Shown here: positions 1 to 10,653 of the stretch, in pieces
Position numbering within the stretch: position 1 is the stretch's first letter
Layout: each line of letters begins with the position of its first letter
NCBI GenBank assembly: GCA_037387885.1
Contig: JARRKQ010000061.1
Span: 11,547-74,147 of the forward strand
From: Alphaproteobacteria bacterium
GTDB taxonomy: Bacteria > Pseudomonadota > Alphaproteobacteria > JAPULJ01
Reading direction: 5' to 3'
DNA: 62,601 nt
Notes under the pieces: generated by a model
Seen by the model: the letters and a program-made list of their open reading frames with translations, nothing else
The model's database searches: none
What the model was told of the DNA's origin: nothing
Made by a program: the position numbers and the translations under genes

Positions 1-1062
<1,062 letters not shown>

Positions 1063-1323
1063 GGATTCATTTCAGCTTGGGTCGGCTTGGGTCAGCGTCT
1101 CGCCCACTCTTGCCAGAAAAGCGCCGCCCCGCCAAGCCGGAGTGCGCGCGAACCGCCAACGCAGCAGTCCCGTGTGTGACGAATAGTCCCATTGCTTAGA
1201 ATTCTACTGGAAACGATTTGCCGCGGCTTTACGTATCATTGTCATATCGTAAGATAGAGTACGTGCCGGCGCTGGGGGGCCAAGCAGGCCGCGCACGGCG
1301 CCGTCAGAGACACCCTCGCCCGA

Positions 1324-2550
1324 ATGGCGACCCGAATGGCGAAAGGATACGCTGCCCGATCAACGAGAGGCGGACGCCTCGCGGCTCCGCGGCAGCGAAA
1401 CACGTCCCGGCGCCATCCAGCCCTCCGTTTCGGCACGATACTAGGCGCAATCCTCGTTTTGGCCCTGGCCGCGCCGATGACGCCCGTGGTCGGCCAAGCC
1501 GTCAAATTCTTCCGCATCGGCACCGGCTCGACGGGCGGCACGTATCATCCGATCGGCGGCCTCATCGCCAGCACCATCTCCAATCCGCCCGGCGCCCGGC
1601 CGTGCGACCGCGGCGGCGCCTGCGGTCCCGAAGGCCTGATCGCCGTTGCCCAGTCGACCGGCGGGTCGGTCGCCAATGTCGAGGCGATCCGCGACGGCAA
1701 GCTCGAATCGGGCCTTGTCCAGGCCGACATCGCCTATTGGGCCTACAAGGGCGAGCGCATCTTTCACCGCAAGGGCAAGAAGGTGGCGAACCTCCGCGCC
1801 ATCGCCAACCTCTATCCCGAGGCCGTGCATCTGGTGGTGCGGAAAGACGCCAAGATCGCCCGGGTCCAGGACCTGCGGGGCAAACGGGTCTCGCTGGGCC
1901 CGAAGGACTCCGGAACCCGCGTCGATGCCGAGATCATCCTGCGGGCCTTCGGGCTCACCACCAAATCGATCGAGGCGCAGTATCTTGGGCCGGGACCCTC
2001 GGCCGATGCGCTGCGCGAGGGCAAGCTCGACGCCATCTTCCTGGTCGCCGGCCCGCCGGCCCAGGCGATCGTCACGCTCGCGGGCAGCACCGAGATCGCC
2101 CTGGTGCCGATCACCGGCAAGCGCGTCGAGCGCCTGCGCAAACGCTATCCCTTCTTCTCCGAAGGCGTGATCCCGGCCGGCGCCTACAAGAACGCCGGCG
2201 ACATCGAAACCCTCACCGTGGGCGCGCAATGGGTGGTCTCCGCCGAGGTGCCCGAAGAGCTGGTCTACGCCATCACCAGGGCGCTCTGGCATCAAAATTC
2301 CCGGCGGTTGCTCGACGAGGGACATCCCGAGGGCCGGAACATCAAGCTGGAAACGGCGCTCAAAGGGCTCGGCGTGCCGCTTCATCCGGGCGCGGCGCGC
2401 TACTACCGGGAGGCCGGCCTGCTGGACGGGGCTGATGGTGGCGCGCCGGGCAAGACCGCCCCTCAGGGAACCCGGTCGGAATCCGGCTCCCGAATGGAGC
2501 CCAAAGCGAAACCGGCCGCCGCCAGCAGCGGCGCCCGGCCGACGGAGTAG
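1324..2550 (+). CDS. TAXI-family TRAP transporter solute-binding protein (start may be 1324 or 1336)
   Basis: FRIGTGSTGGTYHPIGG, GGSVANV, LYPEAVHLV and PLHPGAARYY motifs; hydrophobic signal segment. Confidence 0.9.
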   Translation: MATRMAKGYAARSTRGGRLAAPRQRNTSRRHPALRFGTILGAILVLALAAPMTPVVGQAVKFFRIGTGSTGGTYHPIGGLIASTISNPPGARPCDRGGACGPEGLIAVAQSTGGSVANVEAIRDGKLESGLVQADIAYWAYKGERIFHRKGKKVANLRAIANLYPEAVHLVVRKDAKIARVQDLRGKRVSLGPKDSGTRVDAEIILRAFGLTTKSIEAQYLGPGPSADALREGKLDAIFLVAGPPAQAIVTLAGSTEIALVPITGKRVERLRKRYPFFSEGVIPAGAYKNAGDIETLTVGAQWVVSAEVPEELVYAITRALWHQNSRRLLDEGHPEGRNIKLETALKGLGVPLHPGAARYYREAGLLDGADGGAPGKTAPQGTRSESGSRMEPKAKPAAASSGARPTE

Positions 2551-2577
2551 CCGGGCCCGGCAATTCGGCCCACCGGG

Positions 2578-3231
2578 TCAGTCGAACTCGTAGCGCTCCT
2601 GCTCCATCGGCTCGTTCCGGGCGTCGTGCGCCCAGCCCTTCATCTCCGGTAGATCGAGGATAGCCTCGGCGTAGTCCGCCGCGCTGCCCTCGAGCGTGAC
2701 CCCGTAGGTCCTGAAGCGCGTCACCACCGGCGCATAGGCCGCGTCGGCGAGGCTGAGCCGGCCGAAGAGGTAGGGCCCGCCCTTGCCGAAGCGGGCGCGG
2801 CAATCGCGCCAGATCGCGGTGATGCGGTTGATGTCGGCCTGCGCCTCGTGGCTGATCTCGTGCTCCGAATAGCTGCGGCGCACATTCATAGGCAGCTCCT
2901 CACGAAGCGCCATGAAGCCGCCATGCATTTCCGCCGAGACCGAGCGCGCGATGGCGCGGGCGTGATCGTCCCCGGGCCAAAGGTGGCGGCGCACGATGCC
3001 GGCGAGGTACTCGCCGATGGCCAGCGAATCCCAGACCACGAAGCCGTCATGGTGCAGCACCGGGACGCGGCCCGAGGGCGAGTATTTGCGGATCGTCTCC
3101 GAGGTCTCGGGCTCGCCCAGCGGGATCACCTCCTCCTCGAACTCGATGCCGCTCATCTTCGCCGCCAGCCATCCGCGCAGCGACCACGAGGAGTAGTTTT
3201 TGTTGCCGAGATAGAGTGTCGTCTTGGTCAT
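2578..3231 (-). CDS. Glutathione S-transferase family protein
   Basis: LYLGNKNYSSWSLRGWL, SPSGRVPVL, VWDSLAIGEYL, SAEMHGGF; start placed at MTKTT (3231). Confidence 0.92.
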   Translation of the reverse strand: MTKTTLYLGNKNYSSWSLRGWLAAKMSGIEFEEEVIPLGEPETSETIRKYSPSGRVPVLHHDGFVVWDSLAIGEYLAGIVRRHLWPGDDHARAIARSVSAEMHGGFMALREELPMNVRRSYSEHEISHEAQADINRITAIWRDCRARFGKGGPYLFGRLSLADAAYAPVVTRFRTYGVTLEGSAADYAEAILDLPEMKGWAHDARNEPMEQERYEFD

Positions 3232-3466
3232 GCCGAACCTTCCACGTCGTCGCCTCATATCACGGTTCTGATGCCGCGACCACAACGTCGCGCCGCGGCG
3301 AATGCGCCACCCGGCTTCCCTTTCCCGGGGTTACGGCGCATTCTTAGAGCAAGTCGAGGCGGGCAGAAATTGCAGGACTCTCGCCTGACATACGATTGTA
3401 GGCGCAGTCGTATGATTGACGGTCCGGAGGGGACGGCCCGGGAGAAGACCCGGGGAGAGACATGCG

Positions 3467-4846
3467 ATGCTCGACCATCTGATCGACGACCCAGCCGATG
3501 CCATCCCGCTGGTGGCGCTGTCCACGGCAGAGCTTGAGAGTTGGAAGCAGTCCGCACCGGCGCCTGCGCGCGCCTGGGTGGACAGCACCGGCTTCACGGC
3601 CGAGGCCGGCGCGCTCTCGCTGGTGCCCGATGCATCGGGCACCGTTGTCATGGCGTTGGCGGGTCTCGGCGAAGAGCCATTGGGCCTGTGGTCGCTCGCG
3701 GGATTGCCGGCGCGCCTGCCCGAACGGTCCTTCCGCCTCCAAGGCCCCCCCGACGCCGAGGCCGCCGGCAAAGCCGCGTTCGGCTGGGCAATGGGGATCT
3801 ACGAGTTCACGCGCTACAAGGCCTCGACCAAACGCTACGCCAGCCTGGTCTGTCCTGAGGGCGTCGACCGGGCGGCGGTCGCCAGCGCCATCGCCGCCGC
3901 CGGGCTCGTTCGCGACCTCGTCAACACGCCGGCCGAGGACATGGGACCGGAGGAGCTGGCCGAGGCGGCGCGCAATCTCGCGCGCGCCAACAAGGCCAAG
4001 TTCGCCGTCACCGTCGGCGAGGATTTGCTGAAAAAGAACTATCCCTCGATCCACGCGGTCGGCCGGGCCAGCGCGAACGCGCCGCGCCTCATCGATTTCG
4101 TCTGGGGCGATCCCGACGGGCCGAAGGTGACGCTGGTCGGCAAGGGCGTGTGCTTCGATTCCGGCGGGCTCGACCTCAAGCCCGCCGCCGGCATGAAGCT
4201 GATGAAGAAGGATATGGGCGGGGCCGCCAACGTGCTCGGCCTCGCCGCGATGATCATGGAGGCGGGTTTGAAGCTGCGCCTCCGCGTGCTCATTCCGGCG
4301 GTTGAGAACTCGGTGAGCGGCAATGCGCTGCGACCGATGGACGTAATAACGACACGGCTCGGCAAGACGGTCGAGATCGGCAACACCGACGCCGAGGGCC
4401 GCGTCGTCCTGTCCGACGCGCTCGCCGAGGCGGCGTCGGAGAACCCCGACCTCATCATCGACTTCGCGACGCTGACGGGTGCGGCGCGGGTGGCGCTCGG
4501 CCCCGAGCTGCCGGCAATGTTCACCAACGACGACCCGACCGCTGATGCGCTGATCGGCCAGGCGCACCGCCAGGAAGACCCGCTCTGGCGGATGCCGCTC
4601 TGGAAACCCTACCGCAAGATGATCGACGGCCAGACCGCCGATATCACCAACGCGTCCGTGAGCCCCTTTGCCGGCGCAATCACGGCGGCCGTGTTCCTGC
4701 AGGAATTTGTGAACCCCGGTATCCCCTGGGTCCATCTCGACATCATGGCCTGGAACCCCGTCGCCCGGCCCGGCCGCCCCGAGGGCGGCGAGGCCCAAGG
4801 CATGCGCGCCGCCTACGCCGCCATCGTCGAGCGCTTCGGGCAGTAG
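3467..4846 (+). CDS. M17 leucyl aminopeptidase family protein (PepB-like)
   Basis: VGKGVCFDSGGLDLK, MKKDMGGAA, NTDAEGR, DFATLTGA metal-binding motifs; GGAGA RBS before ATG 3467. Confidence 0.93.
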   Translation: MLDHLIDDPADAIPLVALSTAELESWKQSAPAPARAWVDSTGFTAEAGALSLVPDASGTVVMALAGLGEEPLGLWSLAGLPARLPERSFRLQGPPDAEAAGKAAFGWAMGIYEFTRYKASTKRYASLVCPEGVDRAAVASAIAAAGLVRDLVNTPAEDMGPEELAEAARNLARANKAKFAVTVGEDLLKKNYPSIHAVGRASANAPRLIDFVWGDPDGPKVTLVGKGVCFDSGGLDLKPAAGMKLMKKDMGGAANVLGLAAMIMEAGLKLRLRVLIPAVENSVSGNALRPMDVITTRLGKTVEIGNTDAEGRVVLSDALAEAASENPDLIIDFATLTGAARVALGPELPAMFTNDDPTADALIGQAHRQEDPLWRMPLWKPYRKMIDGQTADITNASVSPFAGAITAAVFLQEFVNPGIPWVHLDIMAWNPVARPGRPEGGEAQGMRAAYAAIVERFGQ

Positions 4847-4855
4847 GAGCTTTTC

Positions 4856-4974
4856 CCCCTCACCCTCCCACCGCTTTACGGTGGGCCCCTCCCTCTCCCA
4901 CAAGGGGAGAGGGGCAAAATGGAGTCCTCGCTTTGATTCCCTCTCCCCGTGTGGGAGAGGGTTAGGGTGAGGGG
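4856..4974. repeat. REP-like composite palindromic element (CCCTCTCCC...GGGAGAGGG type) between convergent genes
   Basis: Outer IR CCCCTCACCC (4856-4865) / GGGTGAGGGG (4965-4974) encloses hairpins CCCACCG-N5-CGGTGGG and two CCCTCTCCC-N5-GGGAGAGGG. Confidence 0.75.
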
Positions 4975-5009
4975 TCCGCAGCGAAGCTGCGAAACGGCAT
5001 AGCAAGCCC

Positions 5010-5939
5010 TCAATAGCCCCGCGCCGCATCGACGAGATTGTGCGGCGCCTCGCCCGCCCGCACCCGGCGAATGTTCTCGATCACCTGCGCGGCCGAGGTG
5101 CGCGGATTGGTGAGGCCGGCGATATGCGGCGTCACATGGACTTTCGGATGCGCCCAGAACGGATGGCCGTCGGGCAGCGGCTCGGTCTGAAAGACGTCGA
5201 GCGTTGCCCCGGCAATATGCCCGCGGTCGATCGCCGCCAGCAGATCGTCCTCCACGACATGGCCGCCGCGCGCGAGGTTGATCACGTAGGCGCCTTCGGG
5301 CAGCGTCCCGAAGGCGGCGGCATCGAGAATGCCGAGCGTCTCCGGTGTCAGCGGCAGCAGGCAGACGAGGATGTCGGTGCGCTGAAGGAACGCCGCGAAC
5401 CCGTCGTCCCCGTGAAAGCTCTCGATGCCGTCGAGCGATTTCGGCGTGCGGCTCCAGCCCGCGACCTGAAAGCCGAGCGAGGCCAGCTTCATCGCCGTAT
5501 CGCCGCCGATCGCCCCCAGCCCCAGCACGCCCGCGCGCACCAGCGGCGTATCGCGCAGCCCCGCGCTCGCCCAGCGCCCGGCGCGCTGGTTCGCATCGTA
5601 CGCGTCCATGTGCCGGTGGTGGCGCAGCGCCGCGAAGATCACGTACTCGCCCATCTGCCGCACCATATCGGGGTCGACGAGGCGGGCGACCGGCACGCCC
5701 TCGGGCAGCTCGGGGTCGACGAAGATGTGATCGACCCCCATGCCGAGCGACTGGATGAGCTTCAGATTGGAAAAGCGCGCGAGCAGGCCCGCTTCGGGCT
5801 TCCAGGCGAGCGCGAATTCGATCTCGGATGGATCCCCCGCCTCCGGCCAGACCCGGACTTCGAGGTCGGGCAGGCCCTCGGCCAGCATCGCGCGCCAGGC
5901 GTGGGGGTCGTCGGACTTGGAGATGAAGAGGAGGGGCAT
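5010..5939 (-). CDS. ghrA: Glyoxylate/hydroxypyruvate reductase A (D-2-hydroxyacid dehydrogenase family)
   Basis: GVLGLGAIG Rossmann motif, CLLPLTPET, INLARG, LDVF..EPL, TPHIA. Confidence 0.88.
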   Translation of the reverse strand: MPLLFISKSDDPHAWRAMLAEGLPDLEVRVWPEAGDPSEIEFALAWKPEAGLLARFSNLKLIQSLGMGVDHIFVDPELPEGVPVARLVDPDMVRQMGEYVIFAALRHHRHMDAYDANQRAGRWASAGLRDTPLVRAGVLGLGAIGGDTAMKLASLGFQVAGWSRTPKSLDGIESFHGDDGFAAFLQRTDILVCLLPLTPETLGILDAAAFGTLPEGAYVINLARGGHVVEDDLLAAIDRGHIAGATLDVFQTEPLPDGHPFWAHPKVHVTPHIAGLTNPRTSAAQVIENIRRVRAGEAPHNLVDAARGY

Positions 5940-5992
5940 GTCTGTCTGCGTGTTAATGCGAATCGCCTACGACCGGCAGCAGCCGAGGTCGC

Positions 5993-6577
5993 TCAGCCTG
6001 CCTTGAGACCGGCCAGCAGGATCCGCAAGACGTCCTTGAGATCGCGGTTGGTATCGCCCTCGGCCCATTTCTTGTGATGCGCCGGATGGTGGAAACGGAT
6101 GGTCGCCGCAAACACCGCCTTGGCCGTTCGCAGCGGGTTGGACTTCGCGAACTCGCCCGCCGCGATGCCGTCCTCGATGATCTTGGCCAACTGGCCGACC
6201 AGCTCCGCGACATGAGCCTGCGTGACCTCGCGCGCTTCCTCCGCGAGCGCGAGGTAGGTCGCGTAGAGCTCGGGGTCCTGACGCGCTTTTTCCTGCTTGA
6301 TCGAGGCGAGACCGGTAATCCAGCTCTCCAGGCGTTTCGTCGGCGACCCTCGCCCTTCGGCGATGGCCGACAGCGGCTCGGTTATGCGGGCGAGCCAGCG
6401 CGCGGTCACCGCATCGCGCAGCTCGGCCTTGCTCGCGTAGTGCCGATAGATTGTCCCATGGCTCACGCCCAGCGCGCGCGCGACGTCGACGATCGTCGTT
6501 TTCGTCGGGCCAAAGCGGCGCAGCACGTCTTCCGCCGTATCGACGATCCGGTCGGACGTGAGCACGTTCTCGCTCAA
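5993..6577 (-). CDS. TetR/AcrR-family transcriptional regulator
   Basis: TTG start at 6577 after a GAAGGGAGG RBS; HTH TTIVDVARALGVSHGTIYRHY. Confidence 0.9.
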   Translation of the reverse strand: MSENVLTSDRIVDTAEDVLRRFGPTKTTIVDVARALGVSHGTIYRHYASKAELRDAVTARWLARITEPLSAIAEGRGSPTKRLESWITGLASIKQEKARQDPELYATYLALAEEAREVTQAHVAELVGQLAKIIEDGIAAGEFAKSNPLRTAKAVFAATIRFHHPAHHKKWAEGDTNRDLKDVLRILLAGLKAG

Positions 6578-6734
6578 ACAGGCGCCTCCCTTCTGCATGG
6601 TCCATCTATCCCGCCCCATCCGAAAGGCGCGGCATCGCGCGCCGGACCAGGCGGCAGACAAGATACATGATTCGGGCGTGATGCAGCCTCCGAACTTCGC
6701 GGCCGAACGGGCGACCGGCTGAAGGGCGATCGGC

Positions 6735-7670
6735 CTAGGGCCGTTCGCTGTCGAGCATCGCCATCTGCGCGGGAACGTACCGGTCGCCCCGGGCCGCGCC
6801 CGGCGGAACGGCGGCTTCGATCTGCGCCATATCGTCGGCCGACAGCTGAACGTCGAGCGCGCCCAGCGATTCGCTCAGGCGGTCGCGCCGACGGGCGCCG
6901 ACCAGGGGCACGATGTCCTCGCCGCGCGCCAGGACCCAAGCCACGGCGATCTGGGCGACCGTGCAGTCCTTCGCCGCCGCCAGCTCGCGCAATCGCTCGA
7001 CAAGCGCCAGGTTGGTCTTGGCATTGTCGCCGGTGAAGCGCGGAAGGTGCGCGCGGAAGTCGTTGCCCGCGCTCGCCCGGTCCGCCGACCAGTGGCCGCT
7101 CAACAGCCCGCGGGACAAGACGCCGTAAGCCGATATGCTGATCCCAAGCTCGCGTGCCGTCGGCAGAATCTCCTCCTCGATGCCCCGCGAGATCAGGGAA
7201 TACTCGATCTGCAGCCAGGCGATCGGATGGACCGCGTGGGCGCGGCGCAGGGTGTCGGCGCCGGCCTCCGACAGCCCGATATGGCGCACGAAGCCGGCCT
7301 CGACCATGTCCTTGATGGCGCCCACGGTCTCTTCGATCGGCACATTCGGGTCGACGCGCGCCGGCTGGTAGAGGTCGACATAATCCGTGCCCAGGCGCCG
7401 CAGCGTGTAGGCGAGAAAGTTCTTCACCGCGGCGGGGCGGGCGTCGACGCCGATGAAGCCCAGATCCGGCGAGCGCATCGCGCCGAACTTCACGGCGATG
7501 AAGACGTCCTCGCGGCGGCGGCCCTCAAGGGCGTGGCGGATCAGTAGCTCGTTGTGCCCCGCGCCATAGAAGTCGCCGGTATCGAGAAGGTTGATCCCGG
7601 CATCCAGCGCCGCGTGAATGGTCGCGATGCTTTCGTCGCGGTCGGCGGGCCCATAGAAGTCCGACAAGCT
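6735..7670 (-). pseudogene. Aldo/keto reductase lacking its N-terminal ~20 codons and RBS (5'-truncated or mis-assembled)
   Basis: Body is a clear AKR (LLDTGDFYG, VKFG, DLYQPAR, IGLSE, LQIEYSL). It begins abruptly at SDFYG without the family's usual LG...GLGCMGM segment. Confidence 0.65.
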
Positions 7671-7696
7671 GATGCTGGAGACAGGATAGCAGATAA

Positions 7697-7720
7697 ATGA
7701 CAAATTTCAATATCTGTCAT
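7697..7720. promoter_or_regulatory. TetR-type operator-like palindrome ATGACAAAT-TTCAAT-ATCTGTCAT upstream of the AKR-tetR unit
   Basis: 9-bp arms with one mismatch in an AT-rich patch directly 5' of the AKR; a TetR gene follows in the same orientation. Confidence 0.6.
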
Positions 7721-7812
7721 TCCATATAATTCATGAGCGGGGCAGAGCGGGCAGCCGCTGCCCTGTTATGCCTCAACCCGTTTGCATCTGGATCGAACGT
7801 CCGAGGCCGGTC

Positions 7813-9444
7813 TCAAACCCCCACGACCCCGCTCGTATCGGCGCGGAGCTCGAAGGCGGCGGCCATGAGCGCCTTGGTGTAGGCCTCCTGCGGTGCGTCG
7901 ATCACCTGCGCGGCCGGACCTTGCTCGACCACCAGGCCGTTGCGCATGACGATCACGTCGTGGCTCATCGCGCGCACCACGCGGAGGTCGTGGGAAATGA
8001 AGATGTAGGCGAGCGCGTGGTCGCGCTGGAGCCCGCGCAGCAGCTCGACCATCTGCGCCTGCACCGACATGTCGAGCGCCGAGGTCGGCTCATCGAGGAT
8101 CAGGAGCTTGGGCTTCAGCACCATGGCGCGCGCGACCGAGATACGCTGGCGCTGGCCGCCGGAGAACTCATGCGGATAGCGGTGGCGGGTCGCGGGGTCG
8201 AGCCCGACCTCCTCGAGCGCCGCCACGACGCGCGCATCGCGTCCGTCGTCATCGCCGATGCCATGGATGCGAAGCCCTTCGCCGATGATCTCGCCCACGG
8301 TGAAGCGCGGCGAAAGGCTGCCGAAGGGATCCTGGAAGACGATCTGCATCTCGCGCCGCAGCGGCCGCAGCGCCTTGGAGCGCAGCCCCTGAATGTCGCG
8401 GCCCATGAAAACGATCGGCCCCTTCGAGGAGATGAGCCGGAGGATACCGAGCGCTAGGCTCGACTTGCCCGAGCCCGACTCGCCGACCACGCCCACGGTC
8501 TGGCCCGCGCGGATCTTGAAGCTCACCCCGTCGACCGCCTTCACGTAGTCGACGGTACGCCTCATCACCCCCGCCTTGATCGGATACCAAACGCGGAAAT
8601 CGTCGGCGGAAATAATCTCCGCCGCGGTCTCGTCATAGGCGCCGGGGGTGCCGCTCGGCTCGGCGGCGATGAGCTGCTTGGTATAGGGATGCTGGGGATT
8701 GGCGAACACTTCGTCGGTCGTGCCGTCTTCGACGATCTCGCCCAGGCGCATCACCGCGACGCGCGGCGCCATCTTGCGCACCACGCCGAGGTCGTGGGTG
8801 ATCAGCAGCATCGCCATGCCGAGCTTCTTCTGGAGCGCCAGCATGAGGTCGAGGATCTGGGCCTGGATCGTCACATCGACCGCGGTGGTCGGCTCGTCCG
8901 CGATCAGCAGATCGGGCTCGTTGGCGAGCGCCATGGCGATCATCACGCGCTGGCGCTGCCCGCCGGAAAGCTCGTGGGGAAAGGCGCCGAGACGTTGCGC
9001 CGCGTCGCGGATGCCCACGAGATCGAGCAGCTCGAGCGTGCGTGCGCGGGCCGCGCTCGCGACCAGGCCCTTATGCGTGATCAGGATCTCGTTGATCTGC
9101 TTCTCGATCGTGTGCAGCGGGTTGAGCGCGGTGATCGGCTCCTGGAAGACCATCGAGATGCGATCGCCGCGGATGTCGCGCATGGTCGCATCGCGCGCGC
9201 CGATCAGCTCCTGGCCGCGGAAGCGGATGCTGCCCGCCGGGTGGCTCGCGACCGGATAGTTCAAGAGCTGCAGGATCGAGAGCGCGGTCACCGACTTGCC
9301 CGAGCCCGACTCGCCGACGAGCGCCATCGTCTCGCCCTTCTCGATTTGGAAGGACACGCCTTTCACTGCTTCCGTCAGGCCGAGCGGCGTGCGGAAGGCG
9401 ACGTGCAGGTCCTCGACCTGGAGCAGGGGAGCCGTATCGGTCAT
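7813..9444 (-). CDS. yejF: Peptide ABC transporter ATP-binding protein with two ABC domains (YejF-like)
   Basis: Two GESGSGKS Walker A and two SGGQRQR signatures. True start is MTDTAPLL at 9444, overlapping the upstream stop; the 910-aa track ORF is over-extended. Confidence 0.9.
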   Translation of the reverse strand: MTDTAPLLQVEDLHVAFRTPLGLTEAVKGVSFQIEKGETMALVGESGSGKSVTALSILQLLNYPVASHPAGSIRFRGQELIGARDATMRDIRGDRISMVFQEPITALNPLHTIEKQINEILITHKGLVASAARARTLELLDLVGIRDAAQRLGAFPHELSGGQRQRVMIAMALANEPDLLIADEPTTAVDVTIQAQILDLMLALQKKLGMAMLLITHDLGVVRKMAPRVAVMRLGEIVEDGTTDEVFANPQHPYTKQLIAAEPSGTPGAYDETAAEIISADDFRVWYPIKAGVMRRTVDYVKAVDGVSFKIRAGQTVGVVGESGSGKSSLALGILRLISSKGPIVFMGRDIQGLRSKALRPLRREMQIVFQDPFGSLSPRFTVGEIIGEGLRIHGIGDDDGRDARVVAALEEVGLDPATRHRYPHEFSGGQRQRISVARAMVLKPKLLILDEPTSALDMSVQAQMVELLRGLQRDHALAYIFISHDLRVVRAMSHDVIVMRNGLVVEQGPAAQVIDAPQEAYTKALMAAAFELRADTSGVVGV

Positions 9445-10649
9445 GGCTCGGACTCCGGCGGCTGCCCGCCCTTGGTCAGATGACGCCGCGCCGTGGCGGC
9501 CGGCCCCGCCGTCGGCTCGACCATCGCCATCGCCGGCGGCGCGGTCGGCGATACGATCGTCTCTTCGGGCGGCACGCCGCCGGTCACCGCCTTGCGCGGA
9601 TCGAAGGCATCGCGCACCGCCTCGCCGATGAAGATCAGAAGCGAGAGCATGACGGCGATCACAGCGAAGGCGGTGATGACCAGCCACGGCGCGTGCAGGT
9701 TCGCCTTGCCCTGTTTCAGCATCTCGCCGAGCGAGGCCGAGCCGGGCGGCAGGCCGAAGCCGAGGAAATCGAGCGAGGTCAGCGCCACGATCGAGCCCTG
9801 AAGGATGAACGGCATGAAGGTGATGGTCGCGACCATCGCGTTGGGCAGCACGTGACGGAACATGATGGCGCCGTCGGAGGCCCCCAGTGCGCGCGCGGCG
9901 CGCACGTAATCGAAGTTGCGCGCGCGCAGGAATTCTGCCCGCACCACGCCGACGAGCCCCATCCAGCTGAACAACAACAGAATGCCGAGCAGCCACCAGA
10001 AGTTCGGCTCGATGATCGCCGACAAGATGATCAGCAAATAGAGCAGCGGAACGCTGTCCCAGATCTCGATGAAGCGCTGGAAATAAAGATCGATGCGGCC
10101 GCCGAAATAGCCCTGCACCGCGCCCGCCGCCACGCCGACGATGGTCGAGAGAATGGTGAGGATGATGCCGAACAGCACCGAAATCCGGAAACCGTAGATG
10201 AGCCGCGCCACTACGTCGCGGCCCTGATCGTCGGTGCCGAGCCAATTCTGCGCCGTCGGATAGGAGGGCGCGGGGACGGGCAGATTGCGGATCTGCGTGT
10301 CGTGGCGGAAGGGGATGATCGGCCAGACCACCCAGCCGCCCTTCTTCTTGATGTTCTCGATCAGGTATTCGTCGGTGAAATCGGCGGTGGTCGCGAAATC
10401 GCCGCCGAAGGTCGTCTCCGGATACGACTTGATCACCGGCGAATAGAGGCCGCCGTCGTACCAGACGAGCAGCGGCTTGTCGTTGGCGATGAACTCGGCG
10501 AAGAGGCTCAAGAAGAACAGGATCAGGAACATCCAGAGCGACCACACGCCGCGCCGGTTGGCGCGGAAGTTGGCGAGCCGCCGCTCGGAGATCGGCGAGA
10601 GCGTCCAGAAGAAAAAGCGTCGCGCGCCTGTCTTGCCCAATCGCGCCAT
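9441..10649 (-). CDS. yejE: Peptide ABC transporter permease (YejE-like)
   Basis: NWLGTDDQGRDVVARLIYGFRIS, RAEFLRARNFDYVRAARALG, LDFLGFGLPPGSASLGE. Confidence 0.9.
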   Translation of the reverse strand: MARLGKTGARRFFFWTLSPISERRLANFRANRRGVWSLWMFLILFFLSLFAEFIANDKPLLVWYDGGLYSPVIKSYPETTFGGDFATTADFTDEYLIENIKKKGGWVVWPIIPFRHDTQIRNLPVPAPSYPTAQNWLGTDDQGRDVVARLIYGFRISVLFGIILTILSTIVGVAAGAVQGYFGGRIDLYFQRFIEIWDSVPLLYLLIILSAIIEPNFWWLLGILLLFSWMGLVGVVRAEFLRARNFDYVRAARALGASDGAIMFRHVLPNAMVATITFMPFILQGSIVALTSLDFLGFGLPPGSASLGEMLKQGKANLHAPWLVITAFAVIAVMLSLLIFIGEAVRDAFDPRKAVTGGVPPEETIVSPTAPPAMAMVEPTAGPAATARRHLTKGGQPPESEP

Positions 10650-10653
10650 CGTC

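Noticed and set aside
7813-10545. 910-aa ABC ATPase with a long N-terminal extension
   Set aside because: The first ~366 aa are an alternative frame over yejE; the real start is at 9444.
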